DNA of 64,000 nt, from NCBI GenBank assembly GCA_021731625.1, contig JAKFXC010000062.1, positions 4,479 through 68,478 of the forward strand. Reading direction: 5' to 3'. The position numbers and the translations under genes were made by a program. Of the stretch, positions 30,126-38,560 are shown piece by piece. The first letter of the stretch is position 1. Every line of letters starts with the position of its first letter. Under the pieces are notes generated by a model, which saw nothing but the letters and a program-made list of their open reading frames with translations, made no database searches and was not told the origin of the DNA. This DNA is from Candidatus Omnitrophota bacterium (GTDB taxonomy: Bacteria > Omnitrophota > Gorgyraeia > Zapsychrales > Fredricksoniimonadaceae).

Positions 30126-31399
30126 ACATTTTGATGATGACCAACACGTATAAGCCGCTCTTGGGGGGTTTGGAAAAATCCGTGGAATATTTTAGCGAAG
30201 AATTTCGTCAAAGGGGGCACCGCGTGGTCATCGTTACTCCGGAATATGAGGGCGCCCCTGCTTCGGAAAAGGACATCATCCGCATTCCAGCGGTGCAAAG
30301 ATTCAACGGCTCGGATTTTTCTGTGCAACTTCCCATCCCCGGCGGACTGGCCGAAGCCCTGGGGAGTTTTAAGCCACACATCGTGCATTCGCATCATCCG
30401 TTCTTTATTGGCGACACGGCCCTGCGGGTGGCGGCCCGGTACAATGTCCCGCTGGTATTTACCCATCACAGTTTATATGAAGAGAACGTGCATTACCTGC
30501 CCGGCAACGAGCAAGCCCTGAAACAATTTGTCATTGCGCTTTCAACCGGTTATGCCAACCTCGCCGACCAAGTGTTTGCACCCAGCATAAGTGTGGCGAA
30601 ATTGATCAAAGAACGAGGGGTGGAGACTCCCATCGAGGTCATCCCCACCGGTTTGCGGGTCAATGAATTTTCCCGCGGAGCCGGCAGGGCGTTCCGTAAA
30701 AAGCAGGGTATCCCGGCGGACGCCTTTGTGGTGGGGCATTTGGGCCGTTTGGCCCCGGAGAAGAATATGGAATTCTTGACGCGGGCGGTGACGTTGTTTG
30801 TGCGTAAGCATCCCCAGGCGTATTTTTTGCTGCTCGGTAGCGGTCCGTCGGAAGCTGTCATCAAGGAGATCGCTGCCAAGGAGGGGGTCAGTGAGCGTTT
30901 GCGCATGGCAGGCACGGTGGAGGGGAAAGAAAAGACCGCGGCCTACCACGCCATGGATGTGTTTGCTTTTGCGTCTCAAAGTGAGACCCAGGGACTGGTC
31001 TTGACCGAAGCGTTCGCCGCCAAGGTGCCGATCGTGGCCGTGGATGCTTGCGGGGTCAGGGACGTGGTAGAAGACAAAATCAACGGCCGTCTGCTTGAGA
31101 AAGAGGATGCTGATGCTTTTGTTGCCGCCCTGGATTGGATCAAGGAACGTTCCGGCCCGGAACGGACCAAAATCCGGCAAGCTTGCCGCAAAACCGCCGG
31201 TCAGTTTCAAATGGACAAGATCGTCGAGAACGCTTTAGCAGCGTATACGTCTTTATCGGTGCGGCATGGTTTCATACGTCGGGCTGTTGGTGACAGCAAG
31301 TGGAGTAAAACCCGGCGTTTGATCCAAGCCGAATTTGGTTTGGTGAGAAATCTCACTAAGGCGGCCCGCCGCTTAGTGTCCGTTACCTTGCAAGGATAA
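30122..31399 (+). CDS. Glycosyltransferase family 4
   Basis: MTNTYKP..GG, HSHHPF, GRLAPEKN, SETQGLVLTEA (EX7E). Confidence 0.9.
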   Translation: MNILMMTNTYKPLLGGLEKSVEYFSEEFRQRGHRVVIVTPEYEGAPASEKDIIRIPAVQRFNGSDFSVQLPIPGGLAEALGSFKPHIVHSHHPFFIGDTALRVAARYNVPLVFTHHSLYEENVHYLPGNEQALKQFVIALSTGYANLADQVFAPSISVAKLIKERGVETPIEVIPTGLRVNEFSRGAGRAFRKKQGIPADAFVVGHLGRLAPEKNMEFLTRAVTLFVRKHPQAYFLLLGSGPSEAVIKEIAAKEGVSERLRMAGTVEGKEKTAAYHAMDVFAFASQSETQGLVLTEAFAAKVPIVAVDACGVRDVVEDKINGRLLEKEDADAFVAALDWIKERSGPERTKIRQACRKTAGQFQMDKIVENALAAYTSLSVRHGFIRRAVGDSKWSKTRRLIQAEFGLVRNLTKAARRLVSVTLQG

Positions 31400-31402
31400 C
31401 AT

Positions 31403-33046
31403 ATGAAAGCATCGGATCTTTTTGTGAAGTGTTTGGAAAATGAAGGGGTAAAATACATCTTTGGCATCCCGGGGGAAGAGACCGAAGACCTGCTGTTTTC
31501 TCTACAGGCATCGTCCATTAAATTCATTCCCACCCGCCACGAACAGGGCGCGGCTTTTATGGCAGATATGTGGGGACGTTTGAGCGGGAAGGCCGGTGTG
31601 TGCTTATCCACGTTAGGGCCCGGCGCAACCAATTTAGTCACCGGCGTGGCGGATGCGAATTTGGACAAGAGTCCGGTGGTGGCCATCTCCGCCCAGGCCG
31701 GATTGAATCGGTTGTACAAAGAGAGTCATCAATATGTCAACCTCGTCGAGCTGTTTCGTCCCATCACCAAATGGAACACCACCATTGCCAGCCCGGACGT
31801 GATTCCTGAAGTTGTGCGCAAAGCTTTTAAAGTGGCGGAAAGCGAAAAACCAGGGGCCACCCACATTGAATTTCCCGAGGACATCGCCGGGATGGAAACC
31901 ACCGGCAAACCCATCCGCGCTACTCGAGTTCGACGGCCTGACCCGGATCAACACGCCTTGAAGGAAGCGGTGGACTTTCTGAAGGCGGCCAAATATCCTT
32001 TGATCATCGCCGGCAACGGGGCCGTGCGCAAGCTTGCCTCCGAAGAGTTGAGCGCGTTTGTGCGGCGGTACAACATTCCAGTGGTGCACACGTTTATGGG
32101 CCAGGGGGCTGTGGCCGACAGTCAGCCGCAACTCCTTTTTACCATTGGCTTCGGATTCCGCGAGATTGTCATGGAAGCGGTGGACAAAGCGGATGTGGTG
32201 GTCACCGTCGGGTATGACATTGCGGAATATGCCCCTGATCAATGGAACCCTAAGAAGGACAAGAAAATCATCCATGTGGATTTCACTTCCGCGGAAGTGT
32301 ACGCCCATTACCAGCCCTGCGTCGAGATCGTGGCGGACATTCCAGCCACTTTAAGGGAACTCAACCAGGCCCTGGCAAAGGACGGCCACCGCTTTGATGG
32401 TCAATGGTATGCGCCGGTGCGCCAACGCATCATTGAGGACATTGCGGGATACGCGCCTCATGGGGAAACCTTCACGGTGCCAGGGGTCATTCATGTGCTC
32501 AATGAGCTCATGCACGGCGACGACCTTTTGATCAGCGACGTGGGCACCCATAAAATTTGGGTGGCCAGGAATTTTTCCGCCAAATGCCCCAACGGCTGCA
32601 TCATTTCCAACGGCTTGGCCAGCATGGGGATTGCTTTGCCCGGCGCTGTCGCGGCAGCGTTGTATGAGCCGCAGCGCCGGATTGTGGCGGTCATGGGCGA
32701 CGGAGGATTTATGATGAACGCCCAGGAATTGGAAACCGCCAAACGCCTAAAGGTTGCCTTTACCGCCATCATTTTCAACGACAATGACTACGGCTTGATC
32801 AGCTGGAAGCAGCAGATGAGCCGCGGCCGCAGCACCGGTACTCAGTTGACCAATCCCGATTTTCCTAAATTTGTGCAAAGCTTTGGCATCCAATCTTATC
32901 GACCCCGCACAGTTTCTGAAATGAAGACCCAGTTGACCAAGGCGCTGAGCGACCGGGAGCTGTGCGTTTTTGAAGTTCCCATCGACAACAGCGTCAATGC
33001 CGAGCTCATTCAAAAACTTAAAGCCATTGTCTCGAGGAAGAAATGA
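31403..33046 (+). CDS. ThDP-dependent enzyme, acetolactate-synthase-like (possible 2-oxoglutarate decarboxylase)
   Basis: FGIPGEE, RHEQGAAFMA, TLGPGATN, GDGGF..N ThDP motif; no regulatory small subunit nearby. Confidence 0.85.
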   Translation: MKASDLFVKCLENEGVKYIFGIPGEETEDLLFSLQASSIKFIPTRHEQGAAFMADMWGRLSGKAGVCLSTLGPGATNLVTGVADANLDKSPVVAISAQAGLNRLYKESHQYVNLVELFRPITKWNTTIASPDVIPEVVRKAFKVAESEKPGATHIEFPEDIAGMETTGKPIRATRVRRPDPDQHALKEAVDFLKAAKYPLIIAGNGAVRKLASEELSAFVRRYNIPVVHTFMGQGAVADSQPQLLFTIGFGFREIVMEAVDKADVVVTVGYDIAEYAPDQWNPKKDKKIIHVDFTSAEVYAHYQPCVEIVADIPATLRELNQALAKDGHRFDGQWYAPVRQRIIEDIAGYAPHGETFTVPGVIHVLNELMHGDDLLISDVGTHKIWVARNFSAKCPNGCIISNGLASMGIALPGAVAAALYEPQRRIVAVMGDGGFMMNAQELETAKRLKVAFTAIIFNDNDYGLISWKQQMSRGRSTGTQLTNPDFPKFVQSFGIQSYRPRTVSEMKTQLTKALSDRELCVFEVPIDNSVNAELIQKLKAIVSRKK

Positions 33047-34410
33047 AACTCACATCCATCAATCCTGCCACCGGGCAGATCATCCAATCCTACGACGAGC
33101 ACACCCAGGAGGGTCTTGAAAACATCGTGCACCAGGCCAAATCTGCCTTCCTGATTTGGCACCGCCTTCCGTTTAAGGAGCGGGCCGTGAAAATGAAGGC
33201 CATGGCCGCCGCCTTACAAAAGAACCGGGCCTTGCTGGCCCAACTCATGGCGAATGAGATGGGCAAACCCTTAAAACAGGGGGAGGGAGAAATTGACAAA
33301 TGCGCCTGGGTGTGTGAATTTTACGCCGACACTGCGGCGGCGTTTTTGGCCGATGAGCCCGTTGCCACCGACGCCCAAAAAAGTTATGTGCATTTTTCAC
33401 CCTTGGGCACGGTCCTGGCCGTGATGCCCTGGAATTATCCCTTTTGGCAGGTGTACCGTTGCGCGGCCCCGATTCTAATGGCAGGCAATGCCTTGGTCCT
33501 CAAACACGCGTCCAATGTTTCGGGCGTGGCCTTGGCCATCGAGAACCTCTTTAAATTGTGCGGCTTTCCCGACGGATTAATGCGCGCGGTGCTGGTCAAA
33601 AGTGAACGCGTGGAAAAACTCATCGAGCATCCGCTGGTGCATGCGGTGACGGTCACCGGCAGTGTGCAGGCCGGCAAAGCCGTGGCCGCGAAAGCCGGAG
33701 CCATGATCAAGAAGACGGTGCTGGAACTTGGCGGCAGCGACGCCTACATCGTGCTGCCTGATGCGGACCTCGAAGCGGCCGCCCAAACCTGTGCGGCCTC
33801 GCGACTCATTAATGCGGGGCAAAGCTGCGTGTCGGCCAAACGTTTCATTGTCCCGAATGCCATTTTAAGCAAATTTGAAGTCCTATTCGTCGAGCAAATG
33901 CGGCAGCAGGTCATGGGCCCGCCGACGAAAGAGGGGGTCACCTTAGGTCCGCTGGCCCGCCATGATTTAAGAGATCAGTTGCATCGCCAGGTGCAGGAAT
34001 CTTTTAAAGCGGGAGCGCGGCTGTTGCTCGGGGGATCTATCCCCGACGGCCCCGGGGCTTTTTATCCGCCCACCGTGCTCTCCGACGTCAAACCCGGGAT
34101 GCCGGCCTATCATGACGAATTCTTTGGTCCGGTGGCGTCGATCATTCCGGTCACGGATGACAAAGAAGCCATTCGGGTGGCCAATGACACGGTCTTCGGC
34201 CTGGGTGCTGCGGTATTCACCCGCGACGTGGAGCGCGCGGAACACATCGCCGCGCATGAACTGGAAGCGGGATGCTGTTTTGTGAACACCGCGGTCAAAT
34301 CTGACCCTCGCCTGCCCTTTGGCGGGATCAAGGAATCCGGGTATGGACGCGAGTTGTCCGGTTTCGGCATCCGTGAATTCATCAACATTAAGACCGTCTA
34401 TATTCAATAA
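33043..34410 (+). CDS. NAD(P)-dependent succinate-semialdehyde dehydrogenase (Sad/SsaD-like)
   Basis: VMPWNYP, LKHASNV, LELGGSD, NAGQSC, EFFGPV, PFGGIKESGYGREL. Confidence 0.9.
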   Translation: MKLTSINPATGQIIQSYDEHTQEGLENIVHQAKSAFLIWHRLPFKERAVKMKAMAAALQKNRALLAQLMANEMGKPLKQGEGEIDKCAWVCEFYADTAAAFLADEPVATDAQKSYVHFSPLGTVLAVMPWNYPFWQVYRCAAPILMAGNALVLKHASNVSGVALAIENLFKLCGFPDGLMRAVLVKSERVEKLIEHPLVHAVTVTGSVQAGKAVAAKAGAMIKKTVLELGGSDAYIVLPDADLEAAAQTCAASRLINAGQSCVSAKRFIVPNAILSKFEVLFVEQMRQQVMGPPTKEGVTLGPLARHDLRDQLHRQVQESFKAGARLLLGGSIPDGPGAFYPPTVLSDVKPGMPAYHDEFFGPVASIIPVTDDKEAIRVANDTVFGLGAAVFTRDVERAEHIAAHELEAGCCFVNTAVKSDPRLPFGGIKESGYGRELSGFGIREFINIKTVYIQ

Positions 34411-34420
34411 CCTGCCGAGT

Positions 34421-34464
34421 TTAATATTCTATTAACCCAGCATTCATCTGCATTCCTCTATAAT
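34421..34464 (+). promoter_or_regulatory. Triple 11-bp-period repeat promoter (copy 8)
   Basis: TTAAT(34421)-TTAAC(34432)-TTCAT(34443), perfect TATAAT at 34459. Confidence 0.85.
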
Positions 34465-34499
34465 TTGATCAATGAGACACGCAAAAAAGAGAGGATGAT

Positions 34500-34685
34500 A
34501 TGAAAGTTTATGTTGTGGTGATGTTGATTATCGTCGGGATATGGACAACCATGAGCCATGCTCAGAATACCACTTCCCCAAGCGGGGCAGCGGGCGGCTC
34601 GGGCAGCCTCGCAAACACCAACACCGGTATGAACTGGTCAAGCAAGACCAACAGTCAAACCGGTCTCCCAATTCCGCGGTTATAG
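34500..34685 (+). CDS. Small secreted hypothetical protein
   Basis: RBS GAGG, signal peptide ending SHA-Q, Gly/Ser/Thr-rich. Confidence 0.55.
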   Translation: MKVYVVVMLIIVGIWTTMSHAQNTTSPSGAAGGSGSLANTNTGMNWSSKTNSQTGLPIPRL

Positions 34686-34769
34686 AAAAACCGTTTATCA
34701 TAAAAATACGCTGGATTAAATTTCCATGGCATTCATGGAAAACCCAGCGTATAGTCTTTCAAGCGACGC

Positions 34770-34825
34770 TTTTATCGGAAGTCAGCAAGGGGTCCACATT
34801 CTATTTTACACTCAGCGCAATTTAA
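34770..34825 (+). pseudogene. Histidine-kinase C-terminal remnant
   Basis: LSEVSKGSTFYFTL resembles the HATPase_c terminal strand (SE.GKGSTFYFTLP); no upstream kinase sequence. Confidence 0.45.
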
Positions 34826-36602
34826 CTACGCCATTATCGGCAATTGCACCACCGCTGCCCTGGTTAACGACGATTGTTCCATTGACTGGCTGTGCCTGCC
34901 TTTTTTTGACTCCCCGTCGATTTTTGCCCGTCTCCTGGACCAAAAAATAGGCGGCCATTTCAAGATTTGGGCCAAGGACGTGGTCAGTGTCGAGCAGGCC
35001 TACATCACCCATACTCCCATCTTAAAAACCATTTTCACCACCAAAGACGGCATTTTTGAGGTCCGCGATTACATGCCCCGCTTTGAACTCGCCGAAGGGG
35101 AGGTGTATTGCCCGTCCGAAATCCACCGCATCATCCGTCTGGTCCAGGGGAATCCAAAAATGACCGTTGAGCTTCAACCGCGCCCCAACTATGCCTTAAG
35201 CGAGGCGCACTTTGTCCATTCGAGCGAATATTTAAAAATCACCTCGATGAGCGGAGAGTACAACAGTTTTTATCTGTACTCGAATTTGAATCTCCACGAT
35301 GTCCTGAGTAATAAGGAAATGGAAATCAAGGAGTCATCCTATTTTTTATTGTCCTACCATGAGAAACTGGAAACGATAAACCCCGAAAAGATCCTGGTCG
35401 AGTATGAACGCACCAAGAGCCATTGGATGTACTGGGTGTACCGCACCAAAATTCCGGAGAGATACCGGGAAATGCTCATCCGTTCGATCATCACCTTAAA
35501 ACTCTTGATGTTCCAACGCACCGGCGCGGTGATTGCGGCCCCGACCACGTCTTTGCCTGAAATTATCGGGAAGGACCGCAACTGGGATTACCGTTATTGC
35601 TGGATGCGCGATTCAGCCATGATCATTTATCTATACACGCATTTGGGTCACGCGCGTTCCGCGTCCCGGTACATTTCATTCATTTTAAACCGGATGCTGC
35701 TTAAACATGAGGACATCGCGGTGATGTACGGCATCAACGGCGAACGCCTGCTGGAGGAGAGGGTCCTGGAGCATCTTAGCGGTTACGCAAATTCCCGCCC
35801 GGTGCGCGTGGGCAATGACGCCTATAGGCAAAAACAGAACGATGTGTACGGCGAATTGATTGAAACCATCTATGCGTTTTTTATTGCCAACCCTAAGGAG
35901 GTCATAGGGGTCAATGAGGAAATCTGGACCCTGGTGCGTTCCCTCGTCAATCGCGTGCTGGCCACCTGGCGAGACCCTGACAGCGGCATTTGGGAGAGGC
36001 GGGGGCCCATGCGGCATTTTGTGCATTCCAAACTGATGAATTGGGTGGCCATGGACCGGGCCGCCAAAATCGCGCAATTCGTCGGGAAAACCCGGTATGT
36101 GCCGGGGTATCTAAAAGTGGCGGATGAAATCAAGGACGATATTTTAAAAAATGGATGGAACCAGGACCAGCAAAGTTTTATGATGTATTATGGAGGAGGG
36201 GAGCTGGATGCTTCCAGCCTTTTGATGTTGCACTACGGCTTTTTGGACCGCAAAGACCCCCGCATGGTCAGCACCGTGCAGACCTTGCACCGGGAATTGA
36301 CCAGGGAAGGATTTGTGTTGCGTTACAAAGCTGCGGATGAGTTTGGGGTTCCGGAAAACGCCTTCATTGTGTGCACTTTTTGGATGATCAATGCCCTCTA
36401 TTTAATTGGGCAAGAACAGCAGGCCAGAGTCATGCTAGAAAAAATGATTTCCTTCGCGAACAAATTCGGACTTTATTCCGAAGACATTGAGCCGGCCACC
36501 GGGCGTTTGACCGGAAATTTTCCCCAGGGGTATTCGCATCTGGCCTTCATCCAAACTATTTTTTTGCTGGAAACCCAATACGACTGGAGCGATGCGGCCT
36601 AA
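34821..36602 (+). CDS. GH15 glucoamylase/trehalase-like glycoside hydrolase; start codon missing
   Basis: Frame extends upstream of 34980 as FNYAIIGNCTTAALV..IDWLCLPFFDSPS; AAPTTSLPE, RNWDYRYCWMRD, DSGIWE, GNFPQGYSH. Confidence 0.88.
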   Translation, partial: FNYAIIGNCTTAALVNDDCSIDWLCLPFFDSPSIFARLLDQKIGGHFKIWAKDVVSVEQAYITHTPILKTIFTTKDGIFEVRDYMPRFELAEGEVYCPSEIHRIIRLVQGNPKMTVELQPRPNYALSEAHFVHSSEYLKITSMSGEYNSFYLYSNLNLHDVLSNKEMEIKESSYFLLSYHEKLETINPEKILVEYERTKSHWMYWVYRTKIPERYREMLIRSIITLKLLMFQRTGAVIAAPTTSLPEIIGKDRNWDYRYCWMRDSAMIIYLYTHLGHARSASRYISFILNRMLLKHEDIAVMYGINGERLLEERVLEHLSGYANSRPVRVGNDAYRQKQNDVYGELIETIYAFFIANPKEVIGVNEEIWTLVRSLVNRVLATWRDPDSGIWERRGPMRHFVHSKLMNWVAMDRAAKIAQFVGKTRYVPGYLKVADEIKDDILKNGWNQDQQSFMMYYGGGELDASSLLMLHYGFLDRKDPRMVSTVQTLHRELTREGFVLRYKAADEFGVPENAFIVCTFWMINALYLIGQEQQARVMLEKMISFANKFGLYSEDIEPATGRLTGNFPQGYSHLAFIQTIFLLETQYDWSDAA

Positions 36603-37273
36603 TGCGCACATTCATTTTGGTCGTGTCTTTGTTCTCTTTCCCGGTAACAGCCGTCGCGGCGCCGGCCTACGGCACCCGTATGCCCGAGAGCCGTCATGCG
36701 ACCGTGGGTTTGCAAGCCTACAATATTTTTTACAGCAAATTGGAAAAAGATTATGGCAAAATCAGCAGTTTGCAGCATTTTGGTCTGCTCACCCTGGGGA
36801 TATTTGACTGGTTGTGTTTGGATTTGAAGGGCGGGGCGGGCCATGTGCATTCTCGCAATGCCGCGGCCGGAGACATCAATTACACCCCGTTTTTAGGCGG
36901 CGGGTATGGGTTTAGGGTGCGGGTCCTGGAACACGAGCAAACCAAGGCCGTGATTGGATTTCAACATATCAGCATTCACCCCTATTCAAAGGTGATCGGC
37001 AACGGCAGAAATAAAGCCGTGCTGGACGATTGGCAATTTTCCGGCCTGGTTTCTTATGAACTTAAAGCATTGACCCCCTACATTGGAGGCCGGTGGTCCA
37101 GGGTGGACCACATCCACTGGATCAATGATCAACGCAAAAGAGAACAACCCGTCCGCACCGCCGGTTTGATCACCGGCTTCGACATTCCGCTGAACGCGAA
37201 AACCTGGCTGAACATCGAAGGCCAGTTCTTGGACGCCACTGCCGTCGCTGCCAGCATCAATTTTTCCTTCTGA
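36602..37273 (+). CDS. Outer-membrane beta-barrel protein
   Basis: Signal peptide, alternating strands, C-terminal INFSF. Confidence 0.7.
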   Translation: MRTFILVVSLFSFPVTAVAAPAYGTRMPESRHATVGLQAYNIFYSKLEKDYGKISSLQHFGLLTLGIFDWLCLDLKGGAGHVHSRNAAAGDINYTPFLGGGYGFRVRVLEHEQTKAVIGFQHISIHPYSKVIGNGRNKAVLDDWQFSGLVSYELKALTPYIGGRWSRVDHIHWINDQRKREQPVRTAGLITGFDIPLNAKTWLNIEGQFLDATAVAASINFSF

Positions 37274-37296
37274 CCAATCCCTCGACTTAAAAATTT

Positions 37297-37340
37297 TTAA
37301 TTTACGATTCATGTTCTCTTCATTTTTATTTTAGTACGAT
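37297..37340 (+). promoter_or_regulatory. Triple 11-bp-period repeat promoter (copy 9)
   Basis: TTAAT(37297)-TTCAT(37308)-TTCAT(37319), TACGAT at 37335. Confidence 0.8.
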
Positions 37341-37391
37341 AACATCCATAGTTCGCAAACAACCCCGTCCTTACTAGGGAAAGGAGTAGTC

Positions 37392-37628
37392 ATGAGAAAG
37401 AATATCCACCAAAGGAAATGGCAGCAGGATCGATCGGCAGCGGAATTGTTCCCCACACAGCAGAAAGACGATGATGATATTTTCGCGTCCCGCTACGCCA
37501 ACAACGATCCTCTGGAGCCGCAGGATTTGCAATTGCCGTATTACAGCTATACAGATGAGGCAGACTTTTTAGAAGGCAAAGTCACCACCTATGTCAGCTT
37601 TCCCTGGGAGGACGATGAAGAGGAATAG
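37392..37628 (+). CDS. Small acidic hypothetical protein
   Basis: RBS AAGGAG; flanked by its own promoter and terminator. Confidence 0.6.
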   Translation: MRKNIHQRKWQQDRSAAELFPTQQKDDDDIFASRYANNDPLEPQDLQLPYYSYTDEADFLEGKVTTYVSFPWEDDEEE

Positions 37629-37653
37629 CCCCTTCCTGTGTGATCTTTCCTTC

Positions 37654-37683
37654 GGCCGGTCTGTCCAAGACCGGCCTTTTTTT
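37654..37683 (+). terminator. Rho-independent terminator
   Basis: GGCCGGTCT-gtcca-AGACCGGCC plus T7. Confidence 0.85.
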
Positions 37684-37697
37684 GACATGAAAATATT

Positions 37698-37741
37698 TTC
37701 ATGAAGAATTCATGTCCGGTTCATGGCGGATGTGATAAATC
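37698..37741 (+). promoter_or_regulatory. Triple 11-bp-period repeat promoter (copy 10), upstream of the OmpR-family regulator
   Basis: TTCAT at 37698, 37709, 37720; TAAATC at 37736. Confidence 0.75.
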
Positions 37742-37822
37742 TATTCAACTTCATGTGTAAGTGTCTTAGTCTTCACCGGTTGCGGCACAATCAACAGCGT
37801 TGGGGACGTCAAACGATAACCA

Positions 37823-37851
37823 TTGACAATTTTTTGTTTCAGGACTAAAGT
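37823..37851 (+). promoter_or_regulatory. Sigma70 promoter
   Basis: TTGACA-N17-TAAAGT, 40 bp before the regulator ATG. Confidence 0.6.
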
Positions 37852-37891
37852 TTCCTATTAACGGAAATGTACCCCAAGCGGAGGAGAATAC

Positions 37892-38560
37892 ATGCGCATC
37901 TTAGTCATAGATGATGAAAAAAGGGTGACTGGCTTTATTGCCCGTGGTTTGAAAGAGCGCCATTATGTGGTGGATGTGGCCAACGACTCTCAGGAAGCCC
38001 AGGAAAAGGCCGAAATTAACCCATATGACCTGATTATTCTCGATATCCTTATGCCTGACAAGGACGGGATCTCTATTTGCAGAGAGTTGAGAAAGAACAA
38101 AATCGCCACCCCTATTTTGATGCTGACGGCCCGCAGCGGGGTCAGGGACAAGGTGCGGGGTTTGGACGTGGGGGCGGACGATTATTTGACCAAGCCGTTT
38201 GTCTTTGATGAGCTCTTGGCCAGAGTCAGGGCCTTGTTGCGCCGCGAAGTTAAAGAAAAACAGAATATGTTGCGAGTTGCCGACCTCGAACTCAACCAAT
38301 TGACGAGGGAAGTTAAACGCCAGGACAGGGCCATTACCTTGACCAGCAAAGAATACGCGTTGCTGGAATATTTTATGTTGAATGCCAATGAAGTCATCAC
38401 CCGCACCATGATTTCCGAGCATGTTTGGCAGGAGGATTTCGATAGTTTCACCAATGTCATTGACGTCTATGTCAAACATTTGCGGGACAAGATTGACCGG
38501 GGGTTTGGTAGTTCCTTGATCCAGACCATTCGAGGCACCGGTTATATCCTTAAAGAATGA
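37892..38560 (+). CDS. OmpR/PhoB-family response regulator (CusR/CzcR-like)
   Basis: ILDILMP, MLTAR, GADDYLTKPF, LTSKEYALLEY, NVIDVYV, IQTIRGTGY. Confidence 0.93.
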   Translation: MRILVIDDEKRVTGFIARGLKERHYVVDVANDSQEAQEKAEINPYDLIILDILMPDKDGISICRELRKNKIATPILMLTARSGVRDKVRGLDVGADDYLTKPFVFDELLARVRALLRREVKEKQNMLRVADLELNQLTREVKRQDRAITLTSKEYALLEYFMLNANEVITRTMISEHVWQEDFDSFTNVIDVYVKHLRDKIDRGFGSSLIQTIRGTGYILKE

